Origin: Lytechinus pictus
Lineage: Eukaryota
Direction: 5' to 3'
NCBI RefSeq assembly: GCF_037042905.1
Contig: NC_087245.1
Span: 11,224,001 to 11,288,000, forward strand
DNA: 64,000 bases
Both the position numbers and the translations under genes were made by a program. Below are positions 38,202 to 53,605 of this stretch, one piece after another (positions within the stretch are counted from its first letter, which is position 1; every line of letters begins with the position of its first letter). The notes below the pieces were generated by a model. It made no database searches. It was not told the origin of the DNA and saw only the letters and a program-made list of their open reading frames with translations.

Positions 38202-38279
<78 letters not shown>
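38063..38279. repeat. (TAG)n/(CAG)n microsatellite
   Basis: Direct inspection; source of the poly-Y/poly-L pseudo-ORFs. Confidence 0.95.
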
Positions 38280-39488
38280 AAACTGATGGTGGTGAAATCG
38301 ACAGAATGATAAAGCTAGCAAAGATTTCAAACATTTCGACATGTTCAAATTCAACCTTCGGTAGTTAAACATTGTCTTGTGAAATCCTTCGAAACGAGTA
38401 GATGGTATCATTCACAATCATCGTTCAGACCGTATGGTATGTGAAAGGTTCTTTAAGATTTAAAATAAATACGGTTTTTGTCTGTAACCTGTTCGAAAAT
38501 GAATCGGTTTGAGACAGATGGCTTAAAGGGCTAGTATTATGAATTTGTTCTTTGCACACGCAATGAAAATGCAAAATCCACTTATTTTTTTTCTTTGTAG
38601 AATTATATGAAAAAGTACAAATCATTAATCAGAACTAAAATGAATAATTGAATGAAATATATGCATGGATGGTTCATCACGTTTACCCACACTACACTGA
38701 CCAATCCAAACGCACACCAGTACGCACACACCCACCCTTACACCCTCGCACACACCCCTACACACATACCCAACGCACATTCACACGCACGCAAACTCAC
38801 CCACCTTCCCCACCCTCCCTCCCCTTCTCTCTCCCACTCACTCTCGTTCCCTCCTTCTCCCCTCTCACCTCTCCCTTTCTTTCCTTCTCCCCTTCCTAAT
38901 TCTCTCTCACTTTCTTACTATTTCTCTCAGCACTTGAAATGGTGAGGTTGTGGGCAAAGCGCCCCTGTGCAATCTAGTACTTGTATTGCAACGCTGTCGT
39001 TGAGGAGAAGCTCAAGAGAATACAAGCATCAATCATGATGTCCCCGTATGCCTAGGTGCTTGTTTGCCACCAAAATATAAAGACATGGTCAGCGTGAGCG
39101 GCTCTTCGGGGAAAAGAATGGAAAGGGCGCTATCAGCGAAAAGGCGTCTATGCTGTAATAGTTTTGCTGTCCAATAATATGCCAAACGCATATCCCAAAG
39201 TGTTGCCATAGAGACACTGTCGCAGAGAAGGGAATTGAGGTATGGTATCTTTCCACTGTTTGCTCCAAACAAAATGCGCCATTTCCTAATCAACGCATTG
39301 TATAATTTATTAGACGAACGAGATATTAAGCACACATCACAACGGATATCATAGGACTATCCTGTAAAGGAGAGAGAAGGAGAGAGAGTGTGTATATGTT
39401 AGAGAGAGGGGGGAGGGGGGAAGAGGTTGGTTTGGGTGAAAAAGGAATGTACTCAATGAACATAAATTTATAAAAAATTAAAGCGATA

Positions 39489-40214
39489 AAGGACAAGTCC
39501 ACCCCAACAAAAACTTCATCAAGAAGCATAACACTGAAAATTTCATTAAAATCGGGTGGTCGGTATGCAAATGAGGGACTGATGACATCCATTGCCTTGG
39601 GAAGCGGGGATGCTGGGGGTGCTGCGTGTTTAATTTTCCGCAGGCGGCACCCCCTGGAATTCTGGTACGTGTTAAAAAATTGGAAAATGTAACCAAAATG
39701 ACTTATAATTTGCTTGTCACATTTCTAAGGACCAAAATAACCTTCACTTTGTTATGAAACCCTTTGTTTTGCTTTACATCAGCAAAAAAAATCGTTCCCA
39801 TAGCGCTGATGACATCACCCGCTCACTATTACTTTCGTATTTCACTATATGAAATATGAAATATTTCAATTTTCCCCTCATTTTCATGTCAAACAGTTGT
39901 TTCTACCTGAATATGTGGAATTCCCATTGTTTTAACATTTTGTGGTTCAGTCAAGTTGGTCAGATTTGTCAGATCTGAAAAAAATGAAATATTGTATGAT
40001 TCAAACAATAAAAAACAAAATTGTAAGCGAGGGACATCATCAACTCTCTAATTTGGATATCACTGAGTTGCCCATGTAACCGTTTAATGAAAATTAAGCG
40101 AAACCTTAAATAATTCTTATTTTACATACGATTTTGATGAGATGTCAGCGTTGTGCATCTTTGATTTTTCTCTATTGATTAAAATCAACATTTTTCTGGG
40201 GTGGACTTGACCTT
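39489..40214. mobile_element. Kolobok-like element split by a hAT MITE
   Basis: aaggacaagtccacccca / tggggtggacttgacctt TIRs. Confidence 0.65.
39590..39808. mobile_element. hAT-like MITE related to the termini of 1736-5474
   Basis: cattgccttgggaagcggggatgctgggggtgctg ... aaaaatcgttcccatagcgctg; perfect 8-bp TSD atgacatc. Confidence 0.8.
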
Positions 40215-41334
40215 TTTTAAAAAAAGATGAGACTCCCCATTCTCTATCGCGATTACTTATTTGACCTAGATTGATTAGAATAATTTTCTTTAAAAAATAA
40301 AGGTCTAAAGAATTTTTATAGATCAAGTCTTTCTTACAAAAAGCAAATCTTAATAAAATATTGAAAATCGATGTTTTGTGCATAAGTCAAAACCATTTTA
40401 AATTGTACGCTTGTTTTTTCTATATAATATGTTCAATTTAACATTTTGAATGTTTGAATGGGGAATTGGCCTTTGCATGATAATGGCAATAATAATAACA
40501 ACAACAATGACAATTATAATAATAAAAATAATAAATAATATTGATAATAATGATAATAATAAGAATAATAATAATACCATCTGGACCATGATATGTCGCT
40601 TTATACCAATGAACGAGCATGAACAGATTAAGATAAATAATTTAATGACGAAAAGAAAGAATAGAGAGCGTTAGAGAGGGAGAGTGGGGATAGAAGCCGG
40701 CAGTAAAGATTGGCCTGGTACAGTTATACAATCTCATTATTAACATAAATGAATATATAAGAGAGAAGCCGATATTGATAGTTGTATTATTGCCTACCAT
40801 ACTCCTTGGTATTTACCCATCATACTTTCCGCTCTCCTCCAGCTTTCCTCTACAATCTAACCCACTCGATTGAATGTTTGTTAAACACACAATGCCTGTT
40901 TGCAGATACTTCGGTTCACACATCGTACCGGTTCTCGAATCGTTCACAGACAAAATAGTATAGTGGCGACTTAAAAACCGAACGTCGACAAATCCCTCGT
41001 CAGAAGAATATTTGGCGCACCAGAAGCGAACCATAGTCACATTGAAGTACCGCACATCATTTCTAAGGTAAGTTTCTATTGTTTTATTATCTTCCTTCAA
41101 GTCATATCAATGTTCAATGAATAGCATTCATCTGCCAAATATTCATCTTTTGAAATGTTAAACTTCTCCTCGACGTGGACTATTTGTATATCTATTTTTT
41201 GTTTCATTGTATAGATTATCCATGTTTACTTGATTACTTAAAATCAGAACATAAGCAACCATAACTTTCTATTTAACTGCTTAATGCTGCGGATACTCCT
41301 GTGGAGAGCTCAATTGTGTTCGATGTTTCGTAAT

Positions 41335-42105
41335 ACCTCAGTCACAATCTAGTCCGATTAGGTTTGTGAAGTACTTTCGATGTGTTTTGGGGGCCATTTT
41401 GAACTGGTTGCCGGCCGGACACCCGCGGTCATCGTACGATGGCCGGGGCTCTCATGTAGCATCGGAGGGGTTACTGGACAAAGGAAACTGGGAGTTAAAA
41501 TTTTCTGATGTCTCTACCGATCTTTCTTATTACCCACCCATCCTTGACACATTTAAGTTTCGTCCAATATCCGGCTGTAAATCGACCGGTGTCCTTAACA
41601 TACGGGAGGTCAAGTCTTTGAGAGCAAACATCGACAGAATCGGCCGATTATCAACCAATGCATGTCCGGATATTTGTCATTATCTAACCGGTATGCATAG
41701 ATGTATGATTGATTTATGGCCAATGTGATTGACATCTGCTGGAAATCTGCTGGACATTGGTCGGTGATCGCAGATGCATCGGGCGATAAACCGCGTCATT
41801 TCGCATGTACAACTTTCAACGCGCTTGCACACTACACAACAGAAGAAGATGCTAAGAGGGAAGGGTACACCGGCCGACAATGATCATCCAGCCATCACAC
41901 AATATCCGTAGGATAATCTACTAATAATCGTACGATGTCCAGTCCATCGTCTGGCTATCGCACGAGGACCTTAGGATTATTCGGGGATTAGTACCAGACG
42001 TCCTTTTGGTGTCAGGCTGTTAATCGCTGCCTCCACGGCCCAAAAATTGCGGGTGTATGGACGGCCTCTGCACGATGACATTTGTGTCTGCAATGTGTTA
42101 AGGTT
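41335..42105. mobile_element. Degenerate Harbinger-type MITE
   Basis: taa|tacctcagtcacaat left end, GC/CpG-rich interior, degenerate aatgtgttaaggt right end. Confidence 0.45.
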
Positions 42106-43534
42106 TATTTGGCCGGTGAGAACGGATTTAAAAAAAAAAACATCGATTATCCATGATGAACGATATTCACGTTTGTTCTATACTTTTCGAATACCTTTCG
42201 AATTGTACCCATGCACAAAACTCATTATCTCTCTATGATCTCTGAGCCACTTCAGGTGAATGGTATGATTAACATCCGTATGATAAGTTTAATAATTGAT
42301 TTTCATTCTAGCTGACAAAGAAGTTCAAAGAAGAGCGCCAACTAAACAACTACTTAACCTTTTGCGGAAAACTCAGTTATCATGTAATTGTTATGATAGG
42401 CATGCACGTTGTTACATCTGAATAAGGAAAGCAACCTTCACAATTCTAATCTTAATTCTATATGTTTTGATATTTCTTATCAATGATTCAATCTATGGTT
42501 GTTGTTTTTTGTCGTGTAGGTTTGTTTTAACCGTATTTCAATATTTTCGTATTTAATATTTAGGTCTTATCAAATGAATGTCGTTTCTTGTAACATACTG
42601 CGCATCTTGTATACATTAGGTGTTTTCGTATTTACTAAAGATTCTTTCCATATTTCCATTAAATTTTAAACTATGTCTATACCAGGATGTTATTTCATTT
42701 AAATTTTACTCAAATCCTGATGGAATTCTGAAGAAAGTCAGATTATTATTTCAAAGTTAAACAGCCGAACTTCACTATAATCATTTCGTAAGGTATCTAT
42801 CTATTCATCGTCGTTGTATCGATTTATTTCACGAAGACTGCTGTAACTGCTCTGAAAAAAAGGTAAAAGGGTATTTTTCCATACACATATTATCTTATAA
42901 ATAGGGCAATATTCTTCCTATATCATGTGTCTAGAGCACGATCTGTTGGTGTACATGTTAAAACTCTTTGAAAATGGTACCTGGATATTACAGAGGCAAA
43001 TGGACTATAGTCTTCAATAAGTTCTATTTCAATATTGCAAACATTTCAAAAACAACATATTTGTCTTGTTTTCGTGGGTTATCTTTATTATTTGGTAGAG
43101 AGCTTACACGAAGTAAGTTGTTGAGCTCTCCATGAAAATGTCATCTGATATTTCCGATATTTTTAGTTTTCAAAGGAACCGATATCGGATGTAATTTTAA
43201 TGGATTCTTGCGAAATGAGTGCTGTTCGGGAGATGTCTTTAGAAGAAGATCATGGGAATTAGGATAGAGGACGAGAAGAGTATGAGAAGGAGGACGATTG
43301 GTAATGGTAATCAATGTACGCCACTATATCTTTTTATTTTTCATTATTAAAAGAGTCGTTCTGTTTAATGGGATGATGTGTCGGACCCACCAATCCTCTT
43401 TTATAATATTCGGATGAGGCAAATTATTATTCTGATACCGAATCTGTAATCAGGAACGTAGTGTGTTCCTCGATCATATCCGAAGACCATTAATCAAAAT
43501 AAAAGCCTTTATGTTGTCCTCTATCGGTCAATCC

Positions 43535-44128
43535 GGGGAATCCAGCCTTGGCCATAACATGTTGTGTTGGGAATGAGAAAAATAAATTAAACAGAATGGT
43601 GAAAGTTTGAAAAAAATCGGACAAGCAACAAGAAAGTTATAGCTGCTTTAAAATTGAGATCACTAATACTATGTAGATTTCAAATTGGCAATTGGGTAAG
43701 TAAATTATGACAAGGGGCAAGGACAACTTTCCCATAGGCCATGTACTTTATTATCAGGGATTTGTGGTTTTATCCTAAGTACCCATTACCCTGGGGCAGT
43801 AATCTAAATGTAACCCAGGTAGTATATTGTTTTATGTCCTCATGAAAGAAAATTATAATTTGAAATACAACTTTTGGGGAAAATGACATTTTAGCCATAA
43901 TATGTATTGGAGTACATGGATGAGTAGTCCTTGCCTTACATCACTATGACATCCCATATGCGGCCAATTTGAAGTGTCCATGGGTATAGTGATTACCAAT
44001 ATTTACAACTTTTGAAAATTCATAACTTTCTTGTTGTTTGTCCAATATTGTTCCAACTTTCACCTATCAACTTGTCTGATTTTTCTTTTCCTTATAAAGA
44101 CACGTTTTCATTTGGGTTGGATTCCCCT
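43535..44128. mobile_element. Kolobok-like non-autonomous element (second family)
   Basis: ggggaatccagcc / ggttggattcccct|ttaa termini; internal inverted ggacaagcaacaagaaagttat / ataactttcttgttgtttgtcc. Confidence 0.65.
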
Positions 44129-44866
44129 TTAACTTAGTATGAGTAGGTTTCATCCTATAATGTGACACGTTCCAAATCATGATAATAGCGAGTTTTCGCA
44201 AACCTCGGGGACGCATCATTAGGGTCCGGTAACAAAAAGGTTCACGATTAATAATACACTCGATTTTTAAGATTGATTGTACATTAAAATCAAACGTAGA
44301 AAACTGTTCTACAATGATTGCTAAGCTTTGTGTTACAGGCCATATAGATCTGCTTTTCGTGTGCAAAATTCTTTCACGCGACACCCGCATGCACCATGTA
44401 CGCTTTTTGTACGACCGGTCATCAGCGTATGCCCCCCTGAGCCGGCGGCGGGCCTCTACTCTGATAGCTGGCTGGAGATATTCGAAATGCTAGGCCTACA
44501 TGGTAAATTATGACATGGATAAGAAAGTGGTTTTTCAAACAAATCGAGTACATACATGTATTGAGTGAGGAAAAACTTTCTGAATTAAGGCTTAGATATA
44601 GAATATTACAGTCCATCGAATCGATATTGCATCTAATGTGGATTATTGGTGGATCACTTGCTATTGATTCCATGGGTCAGATTACCTCTCCAGCCGAAAC
44701 CATTTTGCATGCGTTGATATGTACACAGTATATGCAATAGGCCTATCCGTCTGAAAACCATCCGAATATGCGGGGTTTTTTCTTTTGCTCTCTTCTACAC
44801 AAAGGATCAGCAATAGCACTCAATGTGATGGGCATTTCCCCCGAAATGGGGGATTAGATTCAAATT

Positions 44867-45174
44867 CCCGGGGGAGACCACTTCCATTAACGAGTGGATA
44901 CCAGGCGCGACCATGGGATTTCGAAAAGAACTCTAAACAAGAGAAGCAATTTTTTTCGGATTATGAAAATGCATCCCTTAACAAGTTTTGGAAATTTGAC
45001 CGAAAATACGTAGCTTTCCTAACGAAATATATCCCTTTCTTCAGTATTTTAAATATCGTTTTTTACACCCTTATAACGTTACATATACGTAACGTGCCTA
45101 CTCTTGAAAAGAAATCCCTTTTTACACGTGGTCGCGCCTGGTATCCACTCGTCAATGGAAGTGGCCACCCCGGG
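44867..45174. mobile_element. ~300-bp MITE with ~45-bp TIRs at a CCCGGG site
   Basis: ccacttccattaacgagtggataccaggcgcgacca / tggtcgcgcctggtatccactcgtcaatggaagtgg; cccggg at both ends. Confidence 0.8.
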
Positions 45175-45727
45175 CGGCCCCTCGAGCTCTGGGAGGAACC
45201 AAATGAGGCTCTGGAAGCTCGTCCTAAATCGGATATATCGCTGTTACCAGCATAGTAGCAACCATAATTTTGCACACGAAACGCAGATTGAATGTTTCCG
45301 TCGCGGATGTGAAACGTAAAAAAAAATTCTCATGTCACACAACTTGCACTGCAGGACAGTGTTTTGCGACGGGCCCAAAAGTCTCTTCTAAAATCATAAA
45401 CCGTCGTAAAGTCCGTCTGCGTTGCAAAGCGAAAAGTGGGACATGGCTTTAAAACTCCAACGCACCCATTATTCAGCCCCTTTCTCGTACGGATTAACAC
45501 TTAGATAATGTGAGAATGGACCAGCGCCCCTATTATGTTTGGACAAATAAATTTCCATGTGTTCCAAACTCTGTTTTGTTTTTATTATAATTGATATTAT
45601 TATTTCATGTATTCGGCAAAATCCTTCATCGAATCCTCCATGATCATTAAATGGGGGGTAATTTTATTCTTGATCCAACCGGTCTGTCTCTCTCCCTCCC
45701 CCCCCCCCCCCCCCATTACCCGCCTTC

Positions 45728-45763
<36 letters not shown>

Positions 45764-46142
45764 AATATTGTTCATCAACTTTCAAGAGGTAGAACGTATT
45801 TGACATTCTGTATCATCTATTTTTTTTCGTCTGCCTTGATTAGCCACGGTGAGGGGGGTGAAACGAGAAACGAGAGAGGTAAGATTCAATAAAAAGAAAG
45901 AGAGACGACAATATCAGTACTCGCCGTTTGTTTATCAACCATTGCTCACAGCCCTGAACAACCCATCTCTTGCAAAATGTATGAACCGTAGCAGACAAGG
46001 AGTGCTATTAAAGTGAATTCTTACTTTCAGAAAAAGAATGTCATTGACGTACTAAAACTAGTTAGATTCATATAATGCTTTAATTTCACCTTTCTTGCTT
46101 TAATTTTTCTGTTCCTTTTTGTCCCCTTTACATCATGTTTTT

Positions 46143-47317
46143 TGTCTCAACTGCATAGCAGAGTGAGACTATAGGCGCCGCTTTTCCGACGGCGGCGGCG
46201 TCAACACCAAATCTTATCCGAAGGTTAAGCTTTTGAAATGACAGCATAACTTAGAAAGTATATGGACCTAGTTCATGAAACTTAGCCATAAGGTAAATCA
46301 AGTATTACTGAACATCCTGCCTGAGTTTCAGGTCACATGATTAAGATCAAAGGTCATTTAGGGTCAATGAACTTAGACCTTGTTGTGAGAATCAACATCA
46401 AAATCTTAACCTAAGATTAAGTTTTTGAAATGTCATCATAACTTAGAAAATATATAAACCTAGTTCAAGAAACTTGGATATAAGATTAATCAAGTGTTAC
46501 TAAACATTCTGCCTGAGTTTCAAGTAACATGACCGAGATCAAAGCTAATTTAGGGTCAATGAACTTTGGCCAAGTTGGGGGTATCTGTTGAATTACCATG
46601 ATAACTTTAAAACGTTATGGATCTGATTCATGAAATTTGGACATAAGAGTAATTAGGTATTACTGAACATTCTGTGCGAGTTTCACGTCACATGATCAAG
46701 GTGAAAGGTCATTTAAGGTCAATGAACTTTGGCCAAGTTGGGGGTATTTGTTGAATTACCATGATAACTTTGAAAGTTTATTGGTCTAGCTCATAAAACT
46801 TGGACATAAAAGTAATCAAGTATCACTGAACATCCTGTGCTAGTTTCAGGTCATATGACAAAGGTCAATGGACTTTGGCTATGTTGGGGGTATTTGTTGA
46901 ACAATTATCATAACTCTTAAAATGTATGGATCTAGTTCATAAAACTTGGACATAAGATTAATCAAGTATCACTTAACATCTCATGTGAGTTTCAGGTCAC
47001 ATAATCAAAGTCAAAGGTCATTTAAGGTCATTGAACTTTGGCCATTTTGGAGGTAATTATTAGATTGCTGTCATAACTTTCAAAGTTTATAGATATAGTT
47101 TATAAAATGTGGATATAGGGGTAATCAAGTATCACTGACAAGTCTTGGGTTGCATGATCAAGGTCAAATGTCATTTATTGTAAATGAATGTAGTATTGTA
47201 TCTTTATATGAATGGTGTGTTTTGTGAATAATTGTTTTATAGTAGTTTTCAAAGTCAGCACTGCTGCTATATTGAATCGCGTGATGCATGTGAGACTGCC
47301 AGAGGCGCTCCACTTGT
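46143..47317 (+). mobile_element. Helentron-associated (HINE/DINE-1-like) element carrying a ~150-190-bp satellite array
   Basis: 5' gtctca...gtgagac inverted repeat followed by (ggc)n; about six tandem units (cataactt...catgaaacttggacataag...tcaaaggtca); 3' gtgagac sub-TIR; T-rich flanks and no TSD. Confidence 0.7.
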
Positions 47318-50300
47318 TTTTTTTTTGTTTTTTTTTTGCATTTTGGGAGAAATCCACTTCCTTTACCAGGCCTATATATGTTCATCTAGGGAGGGATATA
47401 ACTGTTTTCTTTGATTTTATAATAAACCTTTCAAATTTTATAACATACAATATTTATCTTAGTATTCTCCCCCTGCACTTGCCCCTCTTTCATCTTCGAG
47501 GCCTGCCCCGTTCCTTTCAGTTGATTAATAAACTAAAACTCTATTAAAGAACGTTCATTGGAAAGCTTGGAGGCTGTGGTTTCTGCCACAAGAAATTCAA
47601 ATTAGGTAGTAGACCCAACGATAACGCACATCACATTTGACAACATTACAACTTTGTAACTTATATAGTAAATGAACTACACGGTTCCAACGTTAATTTC
47701 TCAAGATGACACATCTCGTCCTGATATCATTCAAACACTGCACTACATGTATAGGAGTCATTTGCGTGTGGGGCTGTTTTGTTTTCTTACCTATTCACCA
47801 TTATTCCATGCCCATCTAAGAAATTTGCTGTAAATACTGTACCACCAACCTTCTAACTACAACATAGACATTTCATTACCTTTTCATTACTGTCGTAAAG
47901 TTATTGTTTCAGCATGTCGAAAGGGAGTGGGTCTTTACGAGTCCTAGCATTTGACAGCATGCGTGGGTGTGTGGGTGTGTCTGTGGGACCGTTTATTTGA
48001 CGGGTGCGTGCATGTGTGAGGTTGTGTGGGGTGTGCGTGTGTGTGTACAGGTGAGTGAGTATAAAGGAGTAGAGATCTAAATCTAATGGCAAAACACTCG
48101 TCTTTGAATGCGAGTTTCATGGGGTTAATATACGCTGCTAGACTTATGCCCATGATTATTCCGTAGGTGTATTAGTCATCATGCATGATTATATGTTTCA
48201 GTTTGACACAAGAATACAAGTGGAACTGTGTTTTTTCAGGGTGTCGGTTTGCCAGCATATTATTGAACAATTTCCACCATATTCTAAGGACAAGATGTAT
48301 TCAGGTATAGACCTGAATTGATTTTTTTGTATATGATTGAAATAAAATGCTCTTTTTCTGAACTAATCTGCATTATGTATGTTTCATGCAAAACCATTCT
48401 ATTTATCTAATCGTTATCTATCAATTATGATACTGATCATCATATTAACTTTAACGTTAAGAACTATCAATTTTCCCTTTAGAGAAGATAAAAGTGGTGT
48501 CACTTGTTTCTCACTACTTTTTTTCGATAGGGCACAGAGTAGAGTTTACAGCATTATGCCATAGCAAAATAATGGAGGGAATTAGTATTATTTTTTTTCC
48601 GATGCAGAATGGAGAGTTGATAATTCTGACGGAAAATGTGGTTTAAAAAAATGAGAAAAATGATACATGGGTCGTCATGGTATCCGATGCTATACTCACG
48701 CCTCGTCGGTAATTGTTCGAACGAAATTGCTCGACACAAATTAAATGGACAAAATGTCAATTGAATCAGTTCGGCGTCGGAAGGCATTTGATTTAAGAGG
48801 AATCGTAACGCGGACCTATTCCCGTTTCAGTTTTATTTTCACAATATTATGCACCCACTCCCTTCGCTCATAAAATGTCAACCAACCTCATTATTTCAGA
48901 CCACACTATGTCCTTTCAATCTCCTCCTTGTGCTCTCTTGACTTCTCTCTCCTTCTCTCTTTATTTATTTCAATCATTCCTCATTTTCTTTCTTTTTAAA
49001 ATTTGTACTATCTATACAATATCTAACACTATATCTCTCACTCTACATATCGAAATATATTGTGCTTCACTTCACTCAGTTCTAGCAACCAGGTACCTGG
49101 CCGAAATATTAATTCCTTGAAATTTGTGCGACGAGAAGGTGGCCAGCTGAAGCCAGGGTATATAGTGGAAACTAACGCCTTGATAAATTCTGCAGAGTGG
49201 ATATCACTATACACTTTTAAAAGTAATATCCTCTCTTTCCCTGACTCAGTCACACACATAGGTATAAAATGGGGTGGAGACTTGGGGCACTGGGTCCCAA
49301 AAAATTCCACCTCCAAGAAAAAAAAATGAGAAAAAGAAACAAAAGGAAATTGAGTGAACGTGATATTTTTTTCTCAATTTTGTCACAATCTATCACAGTT
49401 TTATTTTCATCTTAAAAAGTCTAAATATTCGGGCCACTAATTGTTTGGGGCTCATTTTTATTGCGCCTCTAATCACACACGCACAGTCCCGGACGTACCA
49501 ATTTGTAATCCCAACTAAATTTGTGTCACTTTTCTAGCACTTCTGATATTTCACGTCCTGTCATTTTTCTGCTCCACAATTCTTCATTTTTTACCTCTTT
49601 GGCTTGTCATACTTGTCGCAAGAAGGTCGCAAAAGCCACAACTGTATCCAAGGCAGAAGCGATCTTTTTGCGGGTAACTATCGTCAATCCCCTCTGCTCC
49701 TCATACTCCACAGCACTTTCTCCAATCTTTCCTAAATTATAAATGTGACACACGATATCACGTACTGCCTCAAAACAAATAGTAATTTCAGCTATGTAAA
49801 CTTGTATGCAATATGTAGAGGATCACATGCAGTGAAGACGAAAACCATAGGCTCACTTATACCACATGGGTAAAATTGTCTCCCATGAAACATCATTTCC
49901 TTCATAAATGATTCATGTTCCCGGGTTCTTTCTGGCTTCGATGGAAAAAAAAATTCCAATTACATTAGGAGTATTGGATATCTTCTCTTCCATGCAGTCT
50001 CTGTATCAAATCATAGACCCATTACTTGAGATATATTGGACATTTTTAGCAAGGTACCCTCGCTTTTTAAAGGATGGAATCATGCTTCAAAGCAATGGAG
50101 GACTGTTTTCTAAAATCTTTAATATATATGTTGGTATTATGATGACAAGGCAAACACTCCGGGTAGTAACCACTCTTTCGTAAATAGATCTATGCATTAA
50201 GATCAATTCGTTTAAAAAAATATCTTTACTAACTTATTAACATAATGTTGTCGTCAATCCATCGAGGATTTCAATTCTGAACTTCCATCTGATTTTATAC

Positions 50301-50589
50301 TTTATATGTAAAGTAAGGGATTACCAAAAGGAAATTACATAGTGAGAGGGGGAGGGGTGTAAGGAGAGAAGACAAATCACCCAAATAGAAAGAATGACAT
50401 GTGTGATATATGGATGATAAATTAATGAATACTATATGTGTGTCTGGAGAGATAGGCTTGACCCATATACTTCTCTCACGTATGCTTTGATGGCGATTTG
50501 AAGGATGCACACTTAAAATGCTAAGTAACATACCATGCAAACTGTCCACTGTGTTAGGTAATGTGTGTGTATACATATATATATATATT

Positions 50590-51530
50590 TAGTTCATTTC
50601 ATTTATTTCAAATTCCATATAAAAATAACATTAAAAAAAATTACATATATCTATACACAACAGGAAAGCAAAGATTAAACAATAATTTGGTATACATGGT
50701 ATATACGAATAATGTTAACATATTGTAGTTGTAACAGGAATTAGGGGAAAGCCACAAAAAGCCAGATGGCTTGTCGAGCAGGCTACCCTAGTAGGGGTAA
50801 ATAAATCATTGTCAATATTAAAATAAAACAAGATATAAAACTATATTGAAATTAAAATAACAGAATAATAGGACAGATACCACACAACCCTATACAAAGC
50901 AGCATATCTAAAATATTGTCAAGATGTTAAGATGTCAGCAAGTATTTGTTAAGTTTCCTTTTGAATACGTTAGGTGTTTTACAAGACCGAATTTCAATTG
51001 AAAGACCATTCCAAACTTTTGGGGCACGATGTCGAAAAGATTGAAGTGTAGAATTTTGTGCAACTGGGTATAAGTGATAATTTTCCCTAGTTCTTGTGTT
51101 ATAACTATGTATATTACAATTTTTATTTATCATACAGGAAATTGTGTTTTGAAGAATTTGATTTTCATGTTATTGCACATTGGTAATCATTTAGATGAAA
51201 TATATTAAGTAAATTCAGTTGAACAAAAAGATCTTTTGTATGTGCCAAATAATAAGAATGAGTGCACATTCTGACTACTTTCATTTGGAGAAGATACAAT
51301 GGTTGTAGTTTTGAGTGATAAGTATTAGCCCACACAATATTGCAATAACTTAGGTAAGATAGGATTAATGTATTATACAAGGTCAGAAGGACTCGTTGAG
51401 AGAGAATATGACGGAGTTTGCTGAAAACACCAACATTTTTTGCTACCTTATTTGTAATAGTAGAAAAATGAATACTCCATGATAATTTTTCATCTATTAA
51501 AACACCTAAAAAATATATATATATTGTGGG
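50590..51530 (-). mobile_element. 3' fragment of an L2-group LINE
   Basis: ORFs 51165-51533 (FLGVLIDEKLSW...LYNTLILSYLSYCNIVWA) and 50927-51133 (HSYNTR...WNGL...FKRKL); 3' UTR stem-loop near 50745-50790. Confidence 0.85.
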
Positions 51531-53605
51531 CAATTATTATCCAATTACGCAAATCAATTACCCAATTATTAGTTTTTATTACGCAATTTGGACAAGTTTT
51601 AACCAATAGTTGTTTGGACAGTATGTTGCCCAGGGTTGGTAAAAAGTTTGACATTTTTGCCCAACTATTTCAAGAGTGTGAGAAATAAACAAATTAGGTT
51701 ATAGTTTCCAAACCAGCCATCTTGATATTACAATGACTGACGGCATTTCCATGCTATAGATTTTGTTGGAGTAGCGAGGTTTAGACAATCGGGTTTTCCG
51801 TGTTCCTTTGCTCTAAAAAAAGAAAACAATTCAACAAAACATCAAAGAATAAATTAAAAAAAAAGGGGGGATGCAAGCCTTGCTAGGTACGTCATAATGC
51901 ATAGTCAAGATTTGTCGCATTGTTTTTTTTTTACTGAAACTACTTTACTGGTAATAACCATCTATATAGACGCAACCTTACTTGATACATTCATTTTAAA
52001 GCTTTACATGTCGAGAAGCATTAATATTCCCCTCTCATACATGGAGTTGATAGCGAAAGAGGTTATTTTCTTTTGAAAATCATTTGATTTGTCGTCAAAA
52101 TGTTTATACTTTTGATTATTTAAGAAAATAATCTATGAATATGTATATAGAAGAAAAGGGTAAGTTATTAGTTGAGTAGTAGGTCTGGATATATCTTTTC
52201 ATGCACTGATACTCATCCGCCATACATTTCCCTGATTATGACCCAACGTCAATCATTAATTCCCAGGGTCACAGAGATAACTGGATGTATGTATAAGATG
52301 CGCACTTTGCAAGCGAGACTTAATTCGTAAATTAATTAAATGAAAGGTTTCAATTATAGGCTTAATTATTCTGAAAGCTTTGAGCACGTTTTATAATGGT
52401 ATATCCTAGCCTAGCTAGGCCCGGAATTGATAATCCAGATTATTATGTCATAATAGAAATACAAAACTAAAGGTGGTCAAGGAGCATTATCTAATGCCAA
52501 TCCGACTTTTCATGTTCGCACTTTTTATTTGTCACAAAAACAATCAAAATATACAAAAAATGCGTTGTATTTTAAGAAACCGGAACATGGATAGACTGTG
52601 AGTGACATAAAAAATATCGTAAATAAAATGTTCTGTAAGCCTATTCAAAATAATTTAAGTTAAACGAGCTTTAGTTCATATTGTTCGTACTCGGTTATTA
52701 TGTCAGAAAAAAATGCGTAAGATATATATCCATGTAAATGTAACAACATGGTTAAATCTTATCATTTACTAATTGAATTGATGTACATGAATTATACACT
52801 CACAATGTTTGTGTTCTTTTCTTCCTATTATGATATCATCTCTCCTTCAAGTCTGCCATTATCATATTGCATTCATTCATTCATTCATTGCCTTTTATGC
52901 TTTATTTAAATTGTATTAACTTTTGAATGTATAGCCTTTTTGATGTATTTTACTTACTATGTATTTAATAATGTGCCAACACCAACTTGTAAACATGATA
53001 TTTCCAGCTCTTGCTGTTTTTTCATGTATGATTGTTAACATGTTTGATTATCAATAAAGACCATTTTTGAATTGAATTGAATTGAAATTGAAAGTAAGAT
53101 TTATATTCTACTCAATTTTCCCATCTTACAGACCTTAATACTGGTACAGTTGCAGGGTGTAGCACATGTCGCTCTGTCGTTCAATTGCTTTTATTAATGT
53201 CTCCATAACATGTCATAAAGACATACACTGCTTCCTTGACATCAAATTCGACCATTTCCTAATTTTGTTTCCTGTGTACGTCTCATCTACCATCATAAGC
53301 CACACCGTGCCTACGACTGTTCCCCCTCCTCCTTCTCATCTTCCCCCTCCTACTTCTCCTCGTCCTCCTCATCCTCATCTTCCTATCCTCCCCATTTTCC
53401 TCCCTCCGCCTTTCCTTCATTCTATTCACTATATCCTCTTTCCGCTGAAATTCACAAACATGTATTTTCAGCAAACCTCTTGTATGTTTTTATACATTAT
53501 TCTTCCAGGCATCAGGTCATGTGTAATAAATACCTGGTTGATTGTGAACACGAACGGGGTTGCGCGTGAAGATATATACTATACTGACTGTTTTTGTTCG
53601 GGGTG

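Noticed and set aside
37989..38411. Poly-Tyr and poly-Leu ORFs (also 36755-37081, 40398-40674)
   Set aside because: Translations of trinucleotide microsatellites.
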